DNA from: Nitrosopumilus sp.
GTDB taxonomy: Archaea; Thermoproteota; Nitrososphaeria; Nitrososphaerales; Nitrosopumilaceae
Direction: 5' to 3'
Length of the DNA stretch: 64,000 bases
Assembly: GCA_965203315.1 (NCBI GenBank)
Contig: OZ241857.1
Location: 1,344,001 to 1,408,000 of the forward strand
The translations under genes and the position numbers were made by a program. Every line of letters starts with the position of its first letter. Within the stretch, counting starts at the first letter, position 1. The notes under the pieces are model-generated. The model was not told the DNA's origin. It saw only the letters and a list, made by a program, of their open reading frames with translations, and ran no database searches. Below are positions 62,350 to 64,000 of the stretch, one piece after another.

Positions 62350-62522
62350 TGGACTGGGTGGGATTCGAACCCAACACTCTTTGTTGACAGTAAAGTGCTC
62401 TTCCTTTAGATCTACCAACCCACAAGATTTGTTATCAGGTCAAGCCGTAACAGATACTTGGAGTTTGGGCAGTCTATGGCGAAGATTGCTGACACAGACT
62501 ACTCAAATCTACCACTGGTGGC
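62350..62522 (-). ncRNA. Putative structured RNA: two hairpins followed by a degenerate tRNA-like domain (62350-62421, GTC loop)
   Basis: GGGTTGG/CCAGTCC-A acceptor, TGGG-TTCGAAT-CCCA T arm; upstream hairpins with G-U pairs; TTTAAAA about 20-25 nt upstream. Confidence 0.6.
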
Positions 62523-62581
62523 TTTAGTCCAATTACCAAAGATTTTAAACACGGTGTGATGAAGTCACGCTAGAAATTTAC

Positions 62582-63085
62582 TTGGCACGATTCAAAAAGA
62601 AGCGATCAAAACCTACTCCTGATCCCAAAAAACCAGACGAACCAAAAGAGGTCGTAAAGGATGCTATAGAGACTAAAGATATGCCTGATATAGCAAAAGA
62701 GACGCCAGATATAACAAAAAAACCAGACGATGTTCCAATGCCTCCGTCCATGAGCGATAGAGCAAGAGAGGAGAAAGATCGCAAACTGAACACACTCTTT
62801 TGGCTACGTGTCGCTCTAGCTGTGATCGCAGGAACAGCTGCCACGTTCATCTTTGAGGATATTGAGGGTGAGGATAGACGATGGGCATCGATAGCATTTA
62901 TGATAATAATATTCTTGGGAACGATATTTGTCGCCAAGAGCATGAACATGCAGCTACCGCCATCTGATCGAAAGAAGCTAGTTACACAAGCAATAGGCAG
63001 CTATATCTTTCTGTATCTGTTTACTTGGATCATGAGTTATACCATAGTCCACTCTGGAACTATCTCTACCGGAGTCAACTTGTGA
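62582..63085 (+). CDS. Three-TM membrane protein (EMC6/Rab5ip-like) with charged low-complexity N-terminus
   Basis: W.R...A..AG..A, ...IGSYIFLYLFTW...Y.I pattern. Confidence 0.55.
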   Translation: MARFKKKRSKPTPDPKKPDEPKEVVKDAIETKDMPDIAKETPDITKKPDDVPMPPSMSDRAREEKDRKLNTLFWLRVALAVIAGTAATFIFEDIEGEDRRWASIAFMIIIFLGTIFVAKSMNMQLPPSDRKKLVTQAIGSYIFLYLFTWIMSYTIVHSGTISTGVNL

Positions 63086-63096
63086 TACGATGAGAT

Positions 63097-63696
63097 ATGA
63101 TCTGGCGATACACGACTCCTGGAATTCCTGACGAACTCTTTGAACGAGAAGAGCGAGTTCCTATTACAAAAGAAGAGGTACGAGCAGTTCAGATAAGTAA
63201 AGCACGACTATGTACCGGATATACTGTATATGACGTTGGATGCGGTAGTGGATCTATTACCGTTGAATCTGCAATCCAAGTAGGTAAGACTGGACGAGTT
63301 ATTGGGATAGATCATGATGAACGCGCTGTCAAACTCTCTAGAACTAATCTAACAAAGTTTGAGATCACAAATGCCGACATAATACTAGGAGACGCAAAGG
63401 ATACAGTTGGGCAGTTAGATATGGCAGATGCCATATTTGTTGGAGGAACAGGTGGAGATACTGCTGATATCATTGAACTATACCACACAAGACTAAACCC
63501 AAATGGTAGGATGATAATAGGCACTATACTCATAGAGACCTTGTATGCAGTACTTGGTGTACTAGATAGACTAGAATTCGAGTCAGTTGACATAACACAG
63601 ATTACTGTATCCAAGAGCAGAAAGACCAGCACAGGTACGATGCTACTTGCAAGAAATCCTGTCACTATAATCTCTGCAACAAAGTCTTCCCCCTAA
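63097..63696 (+). CDS. cbiT: Cobalt-precorrin-6B C15-methyltransferase (decarboxylating)
   Basis: GIPDELF, PITKEEVR, DVGCGSGS, DAIFVGG, ARNPV. Confidence 0.92.
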   Translation: MIWRYTTPGIPDELFEREERVPITKEEVRAVQISKARLCTGYTVYDVGCGSGSITVESAIQVGKTGRVIGIDHDERAVKLSRTNLTKFEITNADIILGDAKDTVGQLDMADAIFVGGTGGDTADIIELYHTRLNPNGRMIIGTILIETLYAVLGVLDRLEFESVDITQITVSKSRKTSTGTMLLARNPVTIISATKSSP

Positions 63697-63727
63697 CTTT
63701 AATTTAAGATGTACGACATGATGTAAT

Positions 63728-64000
63728 ATGGCAAGCTTGATTGGGATAGGTGTAGGTCCAGGTGATCCAGAGCTCTTGACGGTAAAGGCAGTACGCGCCA
63801 TCGAGTCAGCAGATACGATAATGTGTCCAGCATCTGCAGCTGATAGACCAAGCATTGCACTGTCGATAGTATCTGATATGATAAAACCAACACAAGAGGT
63901 TGTAAAGTTGATCTTTCCTATGACCAAAGATACAGATATCCTCCGAGATGCATGGAAGAGAAACGCCAAGATAATGGCTGCAAAGGTACTACAAGGAAAC
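63728..64000 (+). CDS. cbiL: Precorrin-2/cobalt-factor II C20-methyltransferase (partial)
   Basis: MASLIGIGVGPGDPELLTVKAVRAI...S.A.SIV...FPMTKD. Confidence 0.88.
   Translation, partial: MASLIGIGVGPGDPELLTVKAVRAIESADTIMCPASAADRPSIALSIVSDMIKPTQEVVKLIFPMTKDTDILRDAWKRNAKIMAAKVLQGN

Noticed and set aside
62350-62421. Canonical tRNA-Asp(GTC)
   Set aside because: Mismatches in the D, anticodon and T stems, no A14, and discriminator A rather than the G typical of tRNA-Asp.
62350-62522. SRP RNA, RNase P RNA, 5S rRNA or classical tmRNA
   Set aside because: Their signature motifs are not visible, and the cloverleaf is contiguous rather than split by an mRNA-like domain.
1478-63969. Many short antisense or overlapping ORFs in the track (e.g. 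4949-5248, 15011-15436, 33126-33602, 49731-50138)
   Set aside because: Shadows of well-supported genes, with no motifs of their own.

Overview
64-kb segment of an ammonia-oxidising-archaeon-type genome (Thaumarchaeota/Nitrososphaerota, most like Nitrosopumilaceae; inferred from gene content: egsA, proteasome beta, aCPSF1, SepF, aIF2 alpha/gamma, AglB, PriS/PriL, archaeal CoA pathway, cobalamin genes, PEF-CTERM protein). Mostly housekeeping genes and three tRNAs (Arg-CCT with a D-loop insert, Val-GAC, Gly-CCC). It carries three complete IS elements (IS481 with a 15-bp TSD that splits a surface-protein gene, IS1595, IS630), at least four MITE families, solitary AT-rich defence-like genes, and an accessory island at ~40.2-47.7 kb with two YwgA/Panacea-like genes coupled to a PIN pseudogene and an HD dNTPase. 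The most unusual signals are: (i) a ~175-nt structured RNA ending in a degenerate tRNA-like domain with a G3-U70 pair, upstream of Rqc2/NFACT; (ii) a 37-bp repeat / 36-bp insert / 37-bp repeat at the tRNA-Gly 3' end; (iii) two adjacent surface-protein genes sharing a 111/112-bp identical membrane-hairpin cassette. All calls come from reading motifs by eye; no database searches were run.
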